From positions 1,385,334 through 1,449,333 of the forward strand of contig MU004185.1 of assembly GCA_010093605.1 (NCBI GenBank): a DNA stretch of 64,000 nt, given 5' to 3'. The notes beneath the pieces are model-generated. The model ran no database searches, was not told the origin of the DNA, and saw only the letters and a program-made list of their open reading frames with translations. The DNA is from Lophium mytilinum (lineage: Eukaryota). The position numbers and the translations under genes are program-made. The number at the start of each line of letters is the position of its first letter. Within the stretch, counting starts at the first letter, position 1. This document shows positions 49,331 to 61,618 of the stretch, piece after piece.

Positions 49331-51467
49331 TTACTTTTTCGTGGTAGTCTTCGCAGTCGTAGTTGTCTTCTTGTCATCACTTTTTGTCGTCGTAGTGGCC
49401 TTGGTGGTAACCGTCGTGGCCGCTGTTGTGCTCGTCTGTGCGGTGGTAGACTTAACGCTACTCTGGAGGGTAGAGGGCACTGCCGCGCTCGGGTTGTTCC
49501 AGTATGATACTAGGGCTTCCTCAACTTTGTCAATATCCTTGTACGCATCAAGGAGGTACAGCTCATTGATACGCTCTTTAATGTGCTCCTCCTCGAAAGC
49601 GCTGTCCGTGATATCTTTAGAGCGGAACCGCTGCTCCATGGGGTCGATAAAGTGGGTGGTTTCGGGGTAGCCAAAGTGTTCCAGCACGGTAACGTTGAAG
49701 GCAGCCATCATGTCGTGGTCCTCGTGAATCAAGTTGTGGCAATGGAACATGTACACGCCATCCCAGGGGGCATAGCGAGCGATGACTCGAACAGTCTCAC
49801 CAGTTCCTAAGAAAACCACGTCTTTTAGGGCCACCTTCTCGTACTCAAGAACGGGACGACTCCCGCCGGTGCGTGAAAGAATTTGCATGTCGATAAGATG
49901 GATATGAACCTGTTACCAATCAATTAGCCGAGTTCTTCGAGAATCATCGTCGGTAACTGTCCAAGAGGCAAAGTAAAGATGACACAGGAGAAATTTACCG
50001 GATGAGACCATCCGCCACCTCCGTTTTGCAATTCCCAGATTTCCACTGCTCCACGTGGAGGCTTCGCAATGATACGGTTCTCAACTTCAGAAAACGTCAC
50101 GCCATTGATCTCCCATTCGCCATTTGTTCGCTCAAAACGGAAGGTCCTGTCAACTCCGCTCTTTAGCGGCGGGAAGGGAACTTCCCTTAAAGGTGATGGG
50201 ACGTTCCCGTTTCCTTGCTGGCTCGTAACCGTGTTTCCAACAACAAATTTCATGACCTTGTCGGTGCTGTTGTAGTCCTCATCGGCCTGTACTTTGCGGT
50301 TGTTCCTGAGTGTGACATTCTTGCCTGCGAATTGGGTGAAGTCGAACACCATTTCCCAGCGCTCGGCCATCGAGATATGAAGAAGATCCGATGTAACTGG
50401 CATGCTCAATAACCCAGCGTCGGAACCGATCATCTGGAACGGAATCTTCGTTCCCAATGCACCATCAGCTTCAAACCATAGCTGGAATGCACGGCTGATA
50501 GACGTATCGAGAAATCGGAAACGGTATTTGCGTGGCTCGACCTTGAAGTAGGGCCATGGCTGACCATTGACATGTATCACATCGCCGTAAAGACTGACAG
50601 TCTCAGAGGCAGGGCTGAACAAGGTACCGTCACTGTTGTACTGTTTGGCGGCAAGAGCCAACGGGATGTCATAATCCCCGGCCGGTAGGCCTAGGGCATC
50701 TTCGGCGGGGTCGTGGAGAATGTAGAACCCGGCTTGGCCAAAATAAGCATTCTCGGCAGTGTGGTGGACAGCGTGATCCTAGACAGTGTTAGTGAGGGTT
50801 GCGTCATAGAAAAGCCAATAGCACATACATGGTACCACAGAGTGCGGGCGTTCTGCTTGTTTGGATAGTCTGCAGGGAGCACATCGGATTAGACTCCAAA
50901 TCCCAGGGTAATATTTCGATCCGCTTCGGGCTAGTGAACTTACAATAATCCTTATACTGGCCCTTCTGTGTGGTGTCTTCGGCCCAGCCATCGAATGGCG
51001 CTCGGCCTGCTGAGTGTCAGAACTAGAATGTTTCTTGGGACGTTTCAGAGCCATACTGTAACTTCCATGCAAATGAACCGAATTGGCCAAGTCCCCGTGG
51101 TTGATGAATCTCAAAACAGCCTCTCTTCCACGCTCCATGTGGAATGTAGGGCCTGGTGAGATTCCATCGTATCCGATGAGCTGGGTTTTACCCAGGCCGG
51201 GATAAACTTGCTGCTCCAGAGGTTTAATGTCGACTTCATAGTAGTCAATGACCGCGCCGGTGGTTTGGTTCACATATGATCTACAAGCATAAGTAGCTGC
51301 ATTCCGAATTGAGGATCTGATGCTTACGTTTTTGGCGTCTTAACTGGAGGAAGCGGGAGTGGGAACTGGTAGAAGTCCTTGTACACAGGACTCAGCCACT
51401 TGTCATCGCCTGCGAGAGAAGTTCCTGCTAGGAGTGCCACAAGGGCAAGACACCGGAGGCTTGTCAT
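49331..51467 (-). CDS. Secreted multicopper oxidase, bilirubin oxidase/CotA-like
   Basis: Signal peptide MTSLRCLALVALLAGTSLA. Copper motifs SVHLHG, WYH/DH, WSHP/VHIHL and HCHNLIHEDHDMM. Thr/Lys-rich C-terminal tail. Confidence 0.93.
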
Positions 51468-52724
51468 GGCCAAGGAAGGAAGAGACGTATCCACAGCGTA
51501 CACGTCTTTGGGTAATACCAAGGAAAGCTTCTTTGAAAGCCACTGATCGCGATGCTGAACAAGTTCTGAACGAAGGCTGGGCTAATTTATATCTTTCAAA
51601 CTCCCTCTGCCAGCTCAAGAGCTAGCCACACCTCGTATCGAGAGGTTAACGCCCGACAGAGCCTTCTCTCCGAGCCGAAAGTGCTCGAGTGCTGTCCCCT
51701 TCATGGGATCCACTTCGACTCTGCAAACGCGAGGTCTTGGGAGGCATTTTCGAGGCTTCATGGGCGTCCAGACTTCCCCTTCTCCGTGCTCGGCGCCATG
51801 TCTGGAGGCGTAGAGCCAATATGCGGCCTTGGAGTGAAGCCTTCGGCACGACATTCATGGCTTGCGGCTAACACGCGGGCGAAAGTCTTGAATCTGAGCT
51901 CCATGCACTACCGCGCAGGATCGAGTGGCTTAAAGGTAGCTCATGCTGCATGCACACTGATAATAGGTTGATCCTGGTTATACCCTCATGGCTTTGATAG
52001 CACGTACGAAGTAGGAAACAACGGCACTTTAACACGCATACACTCGGATAGATTCATACAGCATGACTTGTAGGGACATAGGAAGAAGGACGACCAAAGA
52101 AACTCGCTCCCCAGCTAGATCCTAATAGAAATATATGCATAGAGTCCTAATGAGCAAAGGAAAGCGAGTGCGTCAGGTTTGGCCAGTCGAGGATGGGCTA
52201 TTGTCAAGAACGCACATAATTAGAGAAGTGGCGTAAGCCACAGAGCGCATATTCAGGCGGTCAGCCCCGCCCCCGACGAAAGGCGAGGAGGGCGGAAGAG
52301 GTGACAGCTGGTCGGAAGACTTCCAGTATGGTAGTCCGACTGGAGCGCGCGCGGTCAGTCCTGGGATCATGGCCCAGAGGATTGCTGAAGTTAGCTAGAT
52401 GCGGAGGCTAATCGACTCCTCGGTCCTCCCGGGCTGCACGATCAAACATCGCGTTCTCTTGGACGGGGACACGGAGCTAGGGATGGTTGGTGGAGAGTTG
52501 GATGGGCAAGGTCGTAGCTGAGGGCGGAACGGTGGAGTGGAACCGCAATCTAGAGCTACGTGCCAAAAAATCCAAGAGTCTCTTTTCCGCCACGCCAAGG
52601 AACCAAGACACTTCCACCACGAGGGCTTGTATTCCCACCCTTTCGGTTGGACCACGATAGACCATGGCCCGGTGACCAGGTAGGAAGCGGTCTGATCCCT
52701 GATCTTCCAGTTGGGTGCCGGTTT

Positions 52725-52768
52725 GGATCCGGGCAGGCCGATTGCGTAGGCCGATTGATCACGTGCTC
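52725..52768 (+). repeat. Left TIR of MULE
   Basis: ggatccgggcaggccgattgcgtaggccgattgatcacgtgctc; reverse complement of 56917-56960 with one G/A difference. Confidence 0.92.
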
Positions 52769-55700
52769 TTGTAAACAAACTTAACCGAATTTTATAATTT
52801 TTATAAAATTATTAAATTAAACTTAATACTAATTAAATATAAATAACTATTAAATTATATAGCGCCCTCTTTAAATTCTATAGCCTTAATATTCTAATAT
52901 ATATACTTACCTCTAGTAAATTTAGAGAACTTAGGCCCTTTAGAAGTAGCCGGGCGCTTTCTATTTTATACTATATTTTTTATTATTTTTTTTACCTTTC
53001 TATTCTATTTCTTTCTATTTAATAAGGGTTCTTCTATATAGTTCTTATTTTTATAGTTAGGCTTATTATTATTAATACTAAGAATTATCTTATCTAGGCC
53101 CTAATTATCTATTTTATTATATCTATAGTAAATTCTATTTATATAAGTTAAATAAGGACCCCCTATAACTATAGTATATCTAGAAGCTAGAGAGGGGGTA
53201 GATATAGATAAGATTATCTATAAAATAAGATAAGAATCTCTATTAGAAGTGCCCTATAGTAGTAGCTTACTATCTAGATAGTTAAAGAATATTATATTAT
53301 TAATAACTTTCTTCTCTATTTACTTTTCTTTCTTTTTATTATACTTTATAGAGTACTCTACCTTATTAAAAGGCTCTATAGCCTTAGTAGTATTATCTAC
53401 TATATTTTTATTATTTTTATCTAGCTTCTAAAGCTCTATATAGTTATATTATAATAGATTAAATTAAGGTTAGTAAGTAGCCTTATAGGCGGCCTAAGTA
53501 GCTCTTTTTTTTTTAGCCTTCTTTTCTTTATATACTATAATATTAGCTAAACTCTTAGCTAACTCTATACTAGTTAAAGCCCTCTAATTTACTTTACTAT
53601 ACTTCTTTATAGGTTATAGGTAATAAACTAATAAAGGTAGAATAGTAAACTCTATATTACTTAGTACTAGCTAGAGTTTACCTTTTCTCTTTAAATATAA
53701 GGTAATTTAGCCCTCTAGCCCTTCTAACTTAGTAGTAATATAGCTAACGTTATTATCTAGAAGCCTATTAACTTAATTAATAAGGTAGAGGGCTATATTA
53801 TATATTCTATTAATTTTAATAGCCTAATTTAATACTAGATTACTCTCTATTATAATACTATCTATAAAATAAGGCGCCTATTCTTTCTTAGCTATTATAT
53901 TCTATACTAGCTTCTAGCAAGGGTAAATAAGGCCTAATAGAATAGCCTTATCTATAAGAACGCTTTAAGAGAGGAGATAGAGGTATAGAAGACTAAATTA
54001 GTAAGAATTATTATACTTATAATTAGATAGAGACTAATCTTTATCTATATATAAAGCTAATATAGCTAATAATATATTCTTAGCCTTATAGAGTAAATTA
54101 AATACCCTCTTAAGTATAAAGTATATAATTTTCCTATTTAATTTAGTAAAGTAATAGCTAAAATAATTAAGTATAATTTTTCTTAGAAGTATAATCTTAT
54201 ATAAATATTTCTTAGCTACTAACTTACTAAATAGAATATTTATCTATATCTATAAATTTTACACGCACCTTTTAAGACTTAATTAGGGGTTTATAAAGTA
54301 CTTTAAGGCGTAATTTATACCTTTAAAATATATAGAGCCGGCTATACTAAAATTTAAAAGCTTTCTAGTAAGGTATAAGTTAAGAAAGTTAAATAAGAAA
54401 ATAAGATAAGGCTAGTAGTATAATAGGTACACCGCCTATAATATAATATATATAGAGTATATATAGACTACCTTTATATATTTTTAGTTTATAGTAAGTA
54501 TATAGATAAAAATAGGTAGGCTATAGAGCCTTATATATAAGCTTACGCCTACCTATATATAAGATTAATATAGAAGGTATACTAAGTATACCTCTATATA
54601 CTAAATTTTTATAATATACCTATCTTTAATATGCGTAGAGTATATAGATAATAAAAATAATAGAAAAATTTAAAAATATAATAAAAAAAGCTCTAAAACT
54701 TACTAGATATAGACTATTATTAAGTACTTCTCTTTAGCTATATATATATTCTTAAACTAGGGCTTATTAACCTCTTAGAGCTTATCTAGAATTATTTTAT
54801 AATTTTTTTTAAGGTTCTCTATAGTTAATAACTTTATATATAGCTAGAATAACTTCTTTACCTCTATATAATATATAGTAGTATAGTTTTTACCTTTAGT
54901 AATACTCTTATTAATTTACTTTTTTATTACCTTTACTCCGTGCTACTAATAGAGCTAGAGAATAATACTAAGAAACTACCTCTATAGTAGCGCGGCTCTT
55001 AACCCTTTTCTAAAGTCTACTATAATTACTTTAGACCTATAATCTTTAGGCTAAATAGAACCCTCTATATACTCTAATATAAAGCTCTAGAAAATAGCGT
55101 CCTTCTCCTTTTAAAGAAAGAATATAGCTAAAAAGAAGCGGTTTATATTAAATACGCTAGTAATAATTCTAAGCTTTAATTTAGCCTAATTTATATTAAA
55201 AGTGGCGTCTATTTAGTAGTAATAATTAGTAATAAATCTCTAGCTAAAGGCCTCTATATTCTTAGTCTAGAAAACTATTTACTAGAGATTATAGGCTATA
55301 TATTTATCTATATATAGATTAACTTTATATATATATTATAAGTAGTATTTAAAGCCTATAGTATAAAGGTAGAGCTCTAAAATAAAGAGGGTATTCTTCT
55401 TTATATACTAGTTAGATAGAAGAGTATATAGGTCTTACGCTAGATTATAGTACTTTTTTTTTAATATACTTAGCTCTTAGAGGTTTAATTAACGCCTAGT
55501 AGTTTTATATATTTTACCTATTCTTTATAATTTAATTGCCCTCTCTATAGCCTTATAGGCCTCTAGCTAGTAATTTTAGTAGTAAATATATATAAATAGA
55601 TTTAGTATTATTCTATAAGCCTTATTATCTTCCTCTAAGTATTTTCTATAGTAATCTAGGTACGTAATTATAGAAATCTAGGCTATTTCTATACAGCCTT

Positions 55701-56916
55701 TATATATTTATATCTAACTAATATATATACTCTATAAGTAATTAAACTTACCTATAATAGTTCTCTTCTTCTACTAACTATTCTTCTACTTTAATTTACT
55801 TAATTAGTAATAGTTCTAGGTTTCTAAACTATAGTATTTATACACTATATAGATTACCTAAACTTTTAATATCTTAGTACTAGATCTAGAGTCTCTAACT
55901 ACTAGAAAGCCTTTAAAAAAGAAGTAATCTATATAGCGCTTAATACCTTTCTTCTATAAGTTAAACTTCTTACCCTTAATAGGTTCTAGAAGGTAGTAAA
56001 TAGATATTTAATTAATTACTTTTTATATAGAGGTAATAAGATTTAAATATAACTAAATATCTAGAATCTAAACGCGGCGCTATAGAGGTAGTATAAGAGA
56101 GCCTAATTATAGCTATAGTTTATCTAAAGAGGGGCGTGTAGGTCTAGAAGTATAGTATTAAGAATTAATAAAGTTATAGTATTTTTAAGTAGATAATAAC
56201 TTAATAGATTATAGAAGTAGAGGAAACTTATTAGAGTACCTAGGTAGACTACTTTTAGTATAAATAGTAGGGGTAGAAGTTTTTAGAGGTATAGAACTAG
56301 AGCCCTATATACTTAGCTAATAAGAGAGAATATATAGAGGTATAAGAGGGGTTAATTTAATTAGAATTAGCCTTTTTTTATAGCTAGATATATAGCTATA
56401 TAGCTATATATAATACTAAATAATATAAATAGGCTAAATAAAGGGCTAATTAAAATAGAAAGGCTATATAGAAGGCTGCATAAATAGTAAGTATAGTAAT
56501 AGAACTATATAAAGTAGTAGAGGAGGCCTTTTAATTAAAGATTTATATAAAGAAAGAGGGCTTCTATTATTATCTAATAATAGATTAGATATTATAAATA
56601 TAGAGAATAGATAGAAAATAAAAATAGAAGAGAGAGAAGCTATTTAATATTAAAATTAATAAAATTAGTAAGGATTTCTATAATAAATATACCTATATAG
56701 GCGCGTTAAGGGCGCAGTTCCCTACTATTAATTAATAATATATTCTTATAGCTAACTAACTAAAAATATACTAGATATAATATATATATATATAGCTATT
56801 AATTTATTATATTAGATTAAAGTTGCGATAATTATTAGTGGAGTTGTAATTTTTTGTATAGGGCTATTCTAACATGGCCGTGTTTTAATTTTGTGAAGTT
56901 TATAATATAGGCGAGC

Positions 56917-56960
56917 GAGCACGTGATTAATCGGCCTACGCAATCGGCCTGCCCGGATCC
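56917..56960 (-). repeat. Right TIR of MULE
   Basis: gagcacgtgattaatcggcctacgcaatcggcctgcccggatcc. Confidence 0.92.
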
Positions 56961-59900
56961 TGGCCGGTTGGGTGCCGCAGAGCTAATTACGGCACAGATC
57001 GAGTACGTAGGACCAGCCTAGCTGGAGATCGATCGACCACTACGGAACCTCCAAAGATTCCAATTCGCCTTGTATTATCGTGTAAAGCGTAGGCTTCCCG
57101 AGGCGCTGAAGTAGCCAGCGTGGATCATGGACCATTTGAGCCAGTCATCTGGCCCACTGGAGCGGAAGTGAGCCTTGCGTGCTCACCTTGCCCGATTCAA
57201 GCCGTGGAACCTCAGCTCCTCGTGTCTAATAGTGTGTTCGGGCACTATTCCCGCGGACGACCCAGGCCGTACTTCCTCATGCGGACCCCACAAGCACTTG
57301 GCCCCTGACCTTGCCAATTCTTTGGGTCGGTGACACAGCAGCATTCAGACCCGCACTGTACACTCCATACGTGTCAGGCATCATCCATACCGTGTATGAG
57401 TCTATTGCCACAACAAAAGGAACTTCGCATTCGACCACCTGAAGCTCTTGCGGTGGTATTTGGTATTTCCGCCAGCTTCTTTGCGTATTGAATCAGTGTA
57501 CCGTGGCGGCATATATATGAGAATAAGTTGGAACACCTCACACATCGTGCCATTTCTGCTTGGGAGGATCCAATCAGGATCGTGAAATCCCTGCTGAGAC
57601 ACCAAGGCAATCCCCTCGTAGGCTGCAGAATCTGCTCTGCCGTCGACTAAAATAGGACTTCTCACCCCTTCAGTCTGCCGTATTATGTTCTCTTCAGCCT
57701 CCCACACCATTTCAATCCTTCGCATATGGACTTCAAGAGCATCCCAGCAAGTGTAAAGACCTGTAGTCCACTCGCTAGGAAAGCCCTCCTTCTGTTGCCT
57801 CCAGACTCGTCGGGCCTTCAACCAGAACCTCGGCGATGGGCGACACCGCGTTCAAGCCTTCTCATGCGCAATCTATCGGAGAATTGCATGCAGAGACTAA
57901 CAACGGACATGGCCTGAGCGACCAGCCACTCACATCTTGCGCTTTTCCGAGATGTAAGCCCGGAACACCCCAGCTGGGCCTCTTTTGCTTCAGTGGGGGA
58001 TGGGCGTCGCAAAGCCATAGCTGAGGCATGATCTGATTGACATCAGTACACTCCACTGTGACCCTTTTGGGAACATGACTCGTTGTAATAGATAATGGAA
58101 GCGCTCACATGACACGGCAGTTCTCTGCCTTATGTACAATCGCGCCGAAGGTTTGCCAAGCTGAAACATAATATCCTGAAATTCTAGGGTCCCCAGGCTT
58201 CCCGGAACTGCTCAAGACCATATGTGCAATTTTCTCCGAGTGGGAACTCTATGATACCTTCCTTACCAATTGCGAGGATTTTCACATGCCTCTCCAATAT
58301 TAATGACTGAATTCAATGCACTTATGTCTCTAGCTTTCTCGTTGCGACATAAACATAATCAGCAGAATCTACATTGGCGCAGTAGATTACTTGGTTCTAG
58401 GTCTTTGCCCGCTTGTTTCTTCATTCGATAGCACACCAGTTTCTCAAAACACTCCTTATCAGACTCGTTTCACATTCGATCATGTCACGAAGCACTCTTG
58501 GTCTTTACAAGAGAGGGTAGAGCCTCTTTGAAAATCTCTTGAACTCATATCCCATATCTCTACCTCTCCCACTCCAAGTGCTCATATTCCTGGAAGAAGG
58601 CTCCTGAGATGAAAAGTGTTTGGATATGCCCTTTCAGTCCCAAATCATCGTCAAAGATAAGATCAGTACAGAGTCTAGCATGCATAAGAAATAGCTTAAG
58701 ATTAGACAAAGAAGACCCGATCCGTAGCTCTGTGGCTAGAATCGCCGCATCTAGCCTTGCGCTTTTATATCAAGCGAAACTACCAAGGCCTTGGCTCCTA
58801 TCATTGGCACAGTGTGGATGTCTAACCCCATAGCTCCCCAAGCTTCCACTCCTTTCACCAGTGATTCTCAAGCTGAGAAGAGATCTCATCTGGTGACATT
58901 TAGCGACATTATAAGATATCATGGCAACATCATTTGGCTGAGGCAACGCCTCAAAACCGTACTTGTCTTTGGCATGCGAACTCGATCGTCTTACGCATTT
59001 AATTAATGCACAATGGAGATTTGGAGCAGGATGATGAGTGTCCAGAACTCCTAGGGCGCATGCTCCATGGACTCGTGCCCATGCGGTACGAAAATGAGGA
59101 ATCCAAGATGCTGTACCGAACGAGAAGCGGGCAAGTGATTCACAGGGGGGTGAAGGGACGGGCGGTGAGATGGGCAACTTGGGATCGGCCCCTCTTTTTC
59201 GATGGAGGAAGCGGGACGGCCGGCTGATCTGAGGAGGGTCGGAGAAACGAGAATTTGTTCAGTCAAGGCAACCTTTTTGATCGCTTGAGCCCCAAAACAC
59301 GGACTTGCTCGGGAAACGATCCAAAGCTGACAACTCCTCAGCTCTCCGCTACTGCCTTAAAGCGAACTAGCTAGTGGCTGCATACTGACGTACTAGTGTC
59401 CAGCGTCTTCAGCTCTCCACAGATACTTCGAATTGGGTCAGCTGTACTGATTGCATATCAATGTATTTGAGAGCATTGGGCTCGTCACAGGGCATACGAT
59501 TACGCAATCAGCATGCATGAAGCACGCCTCCAAGTTATCACTGCAGAGAAGCGTATTTTTATGGAGCTGATCGTACTGTCCAGATACCCAATTGGCTGTC
59601 TCTTGGCTTTACAAACCAAGGGTTGTAGGTACCGTGTTGGCAAGGGTGTTATCGTGCTTTTCATGGACCAGTTGAGCTCGCAGTCAGTTTACATAAGTTT
59701 CAAATACTATTGCGTCATTTATGTCTATGCTGCTAACACCTTTCTTCAGCTTGAAGGGCCTCTCTTACATCTCGTGCCTTATTTGACTACAATCATACTG
59801 GCTAGCATTATGTTGTATTCAAATTTGTAGTATAACACATACCCACAGATCCTCGGCTCAGCAGATTAGAAGGAAAGCTTCAGGACCTACCAAAGGTCTC

Positions 59901-60258
59901 ATGATGATATTCTCTCGTCTGAATGAGACACCTTTTGCAAAGCTGAGCAGATAAGTCTGGAAGAGGGGTACCAAATATGCATATGCGCGTCGGGAAACCC
60001 TCGCACCCCACCCGCTCGCTTGCCCGCAATGATGAGTGGCCGCCCAGGAGTATCGATCCAGCTGTAAATTTCAGCTTGACCAGGCCTCAGCTAGCCACTT
60101 ACTGTAGGACAAACGAAGGCTTTACGTGAAGTATTTAAACCCATGATTAACATCGTTCCCAACGTCCATCATCCACACAATACTCGAATCATCTTTACGA
60201 GTAACCTCATCCATACTTCTTCAGTTCCTCAACTTTGAAACACTTTTCCAATTACACA

Positions 60259-60612
60259 ATGTCTCAGCAACAAGCCAACCCCAAAAAGGTCGACTCGATC
60301 AGGATCCTCATTGAGAACCGTCAAAACGCAGGCACAGAACCCGCAACCTTCTCTCCAGACATCCGTACCGACGGCACTCTCTTCAATTTTGGAAGCGGGT
60401 TCAGTCAGCCACCACTGCTTCCCAACGCTACAAAGCCTATTTTCGCTACCCACATCTCGCACAACAATTCGAATTATATTCTCTCGATTGCCACGTCCGG
60501 AAATGCGACTGCACCTCCTTCGGCGATAGAGGCTGGAGTGCCTGTTGCGCTTAATGGAGGTCAGAAGGTCGATATTCAGCAATGGACTATCATGCCGAAT
60601 CCTAAGTTTTAA
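60259..60612 (+). CDS. Small orphan protein (117 aa)
   Basis: acaATG start, TATTTAAA at 60132-60139, pyrimidine/CA-rich leader, AT-rich trailer. No family recognised. Confidence 0.55.
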   Translation: MSQQQANPKKVDSIRILIENRQNAGTEPATFSPDIRTDGTLFNFGSGFSQPPLLPNATKPIFATHISHNNSNYILSIATSGNATAPPSAIEAGVPVALNGGQKVDIQQWTIMPNPKF

Positions 60613-61038
60613 GGCGGGATTTTATAGCTATCTTTGCGGCTTAGGAAAGAATCCTATATATCGTCTTTATCTTTGGGGAGCCAGGGAACGACACAGTACG
60701 CAGAAGGATTTGAGGACAGCGCTGAAAAGATATCTGGTTTTTCCTAGAAATGAAATAATGACTCGCTTTGCAACTTTTATCTTGAGATCTACTTTTTTGT
60801 TTAACATTCGTAGCCTATAATTGCTAAGAACTGCGTTCAGTATCCATCTCTACCAACTAAGTTTTGGCACCAGCAAGAACACAAGTAGAGTGATCAATGT
60901 ATCAACCGGTTGTCCTGAGGATGAAATTTACCATAGGCAGCAATGACTGTCGGATGAGATCAGTCATGAAAAGGCTCAATGACTTGAACAACCCAATGAA
61001 GGTCGTTCATACTGGTACTGCAACTATAATGGCCTGCT

Positions 61039-61618
61039 CTACAACTTTTGAATCAGTCCCTGCACGTGCGGCGTCTGCATCACCACTTTCTGCTGGACCA
61101 GTACTGCTACGGCAGGATCTGGCTCCCAGTTCGGCTGCTGTTGATTATCGCATATATACGGACACTCTCTGTACTGATATTATTTACCGCAGAGGCAGGG
61201 CCGTAGGCCAGGTTCTGGCAGCGGGCGGTTTGTAGAACCTGTGCTGCTGCTAGTGCTAGAAGGCACATGTGGTGTATTGATTCCAACCCCCTGCAGCGTT
61301 GTAGCGAATGCTGCCTGGCTTATGGCCGATCTAGATGCTGCAAGCGTACCTTGTCGTTGTGTGCGGTATTTGTTCATGAGCTTGATAAGGCAAGGTGGAT
61401 ATTTCGCTGCTGTAGCACAGCGCCGGGCGTGCTTCTTTGTTCCTCTGGTAGCTAGAGAACTTAGGGTCATTCTCTTGAATTGCTGAGAGAAAGTCGTGCT
61501 GCCCTCGCTTGCTAGTAACCTTAGGCAGGTTGAGAAGCACACACTCCTTGTAGTAGGTTGACCAGTCCTGTAGCTAGCGCTTAACGTATGATGACTCAGG
61601 AGCGGCGGACAGCTTTGA
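61039..61618 (-). mobile_element. Degenerate Ty1/copia-like gag fragment
   Basis: YVKR*LQDWSTYYKECVLLNLPKV...HDFLSAIQENDPKFSSY, a frameshift, then LMNKYRTQR...SQAAFATTLQG...RPCLCGK*YQYRECPY...PNWEPDP. The last part is a damaged CxCx3Hx4C knuckle as I recall from ascomycete copia gag. Confidence 0.6.

Larger units (their letters stand above)
52725..56960 (-). mobile_element. RIP-inactivated Mutator-like (MULE) DNA transposon, about 4.2 kb
   Basis: Terminal inverted repeats around an extremely AT/TpA-rich interior. Minus-strand translation near 55.2-54.9 kb gives IDATFNIN...KVIIVDFRKGLRAA...L*LY**HGVKVIK, a degraded MULE D...D...CxxH core. Confidence 0.85.

Noticed and set aside
52395..52784. 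ORFs of 127 and 74 aa overlapping the left TIR
   Set aside because: They cross the transposon boundary, so they are most likely chance frames.
52830..53340. Possible PHD or zinc finger at the MULE transposase C-terminus
   Set aside because: Hand deRIP did not give a consistent Cys/His spacing.
52780..56900. AT-rich block as a centromere, NUMT or horizontally acquired DNA
   Set aside because: TIR boundaries, TpA excess with CpA/TpG loss and residual transposase motifs explain it as a RIPped transposon.
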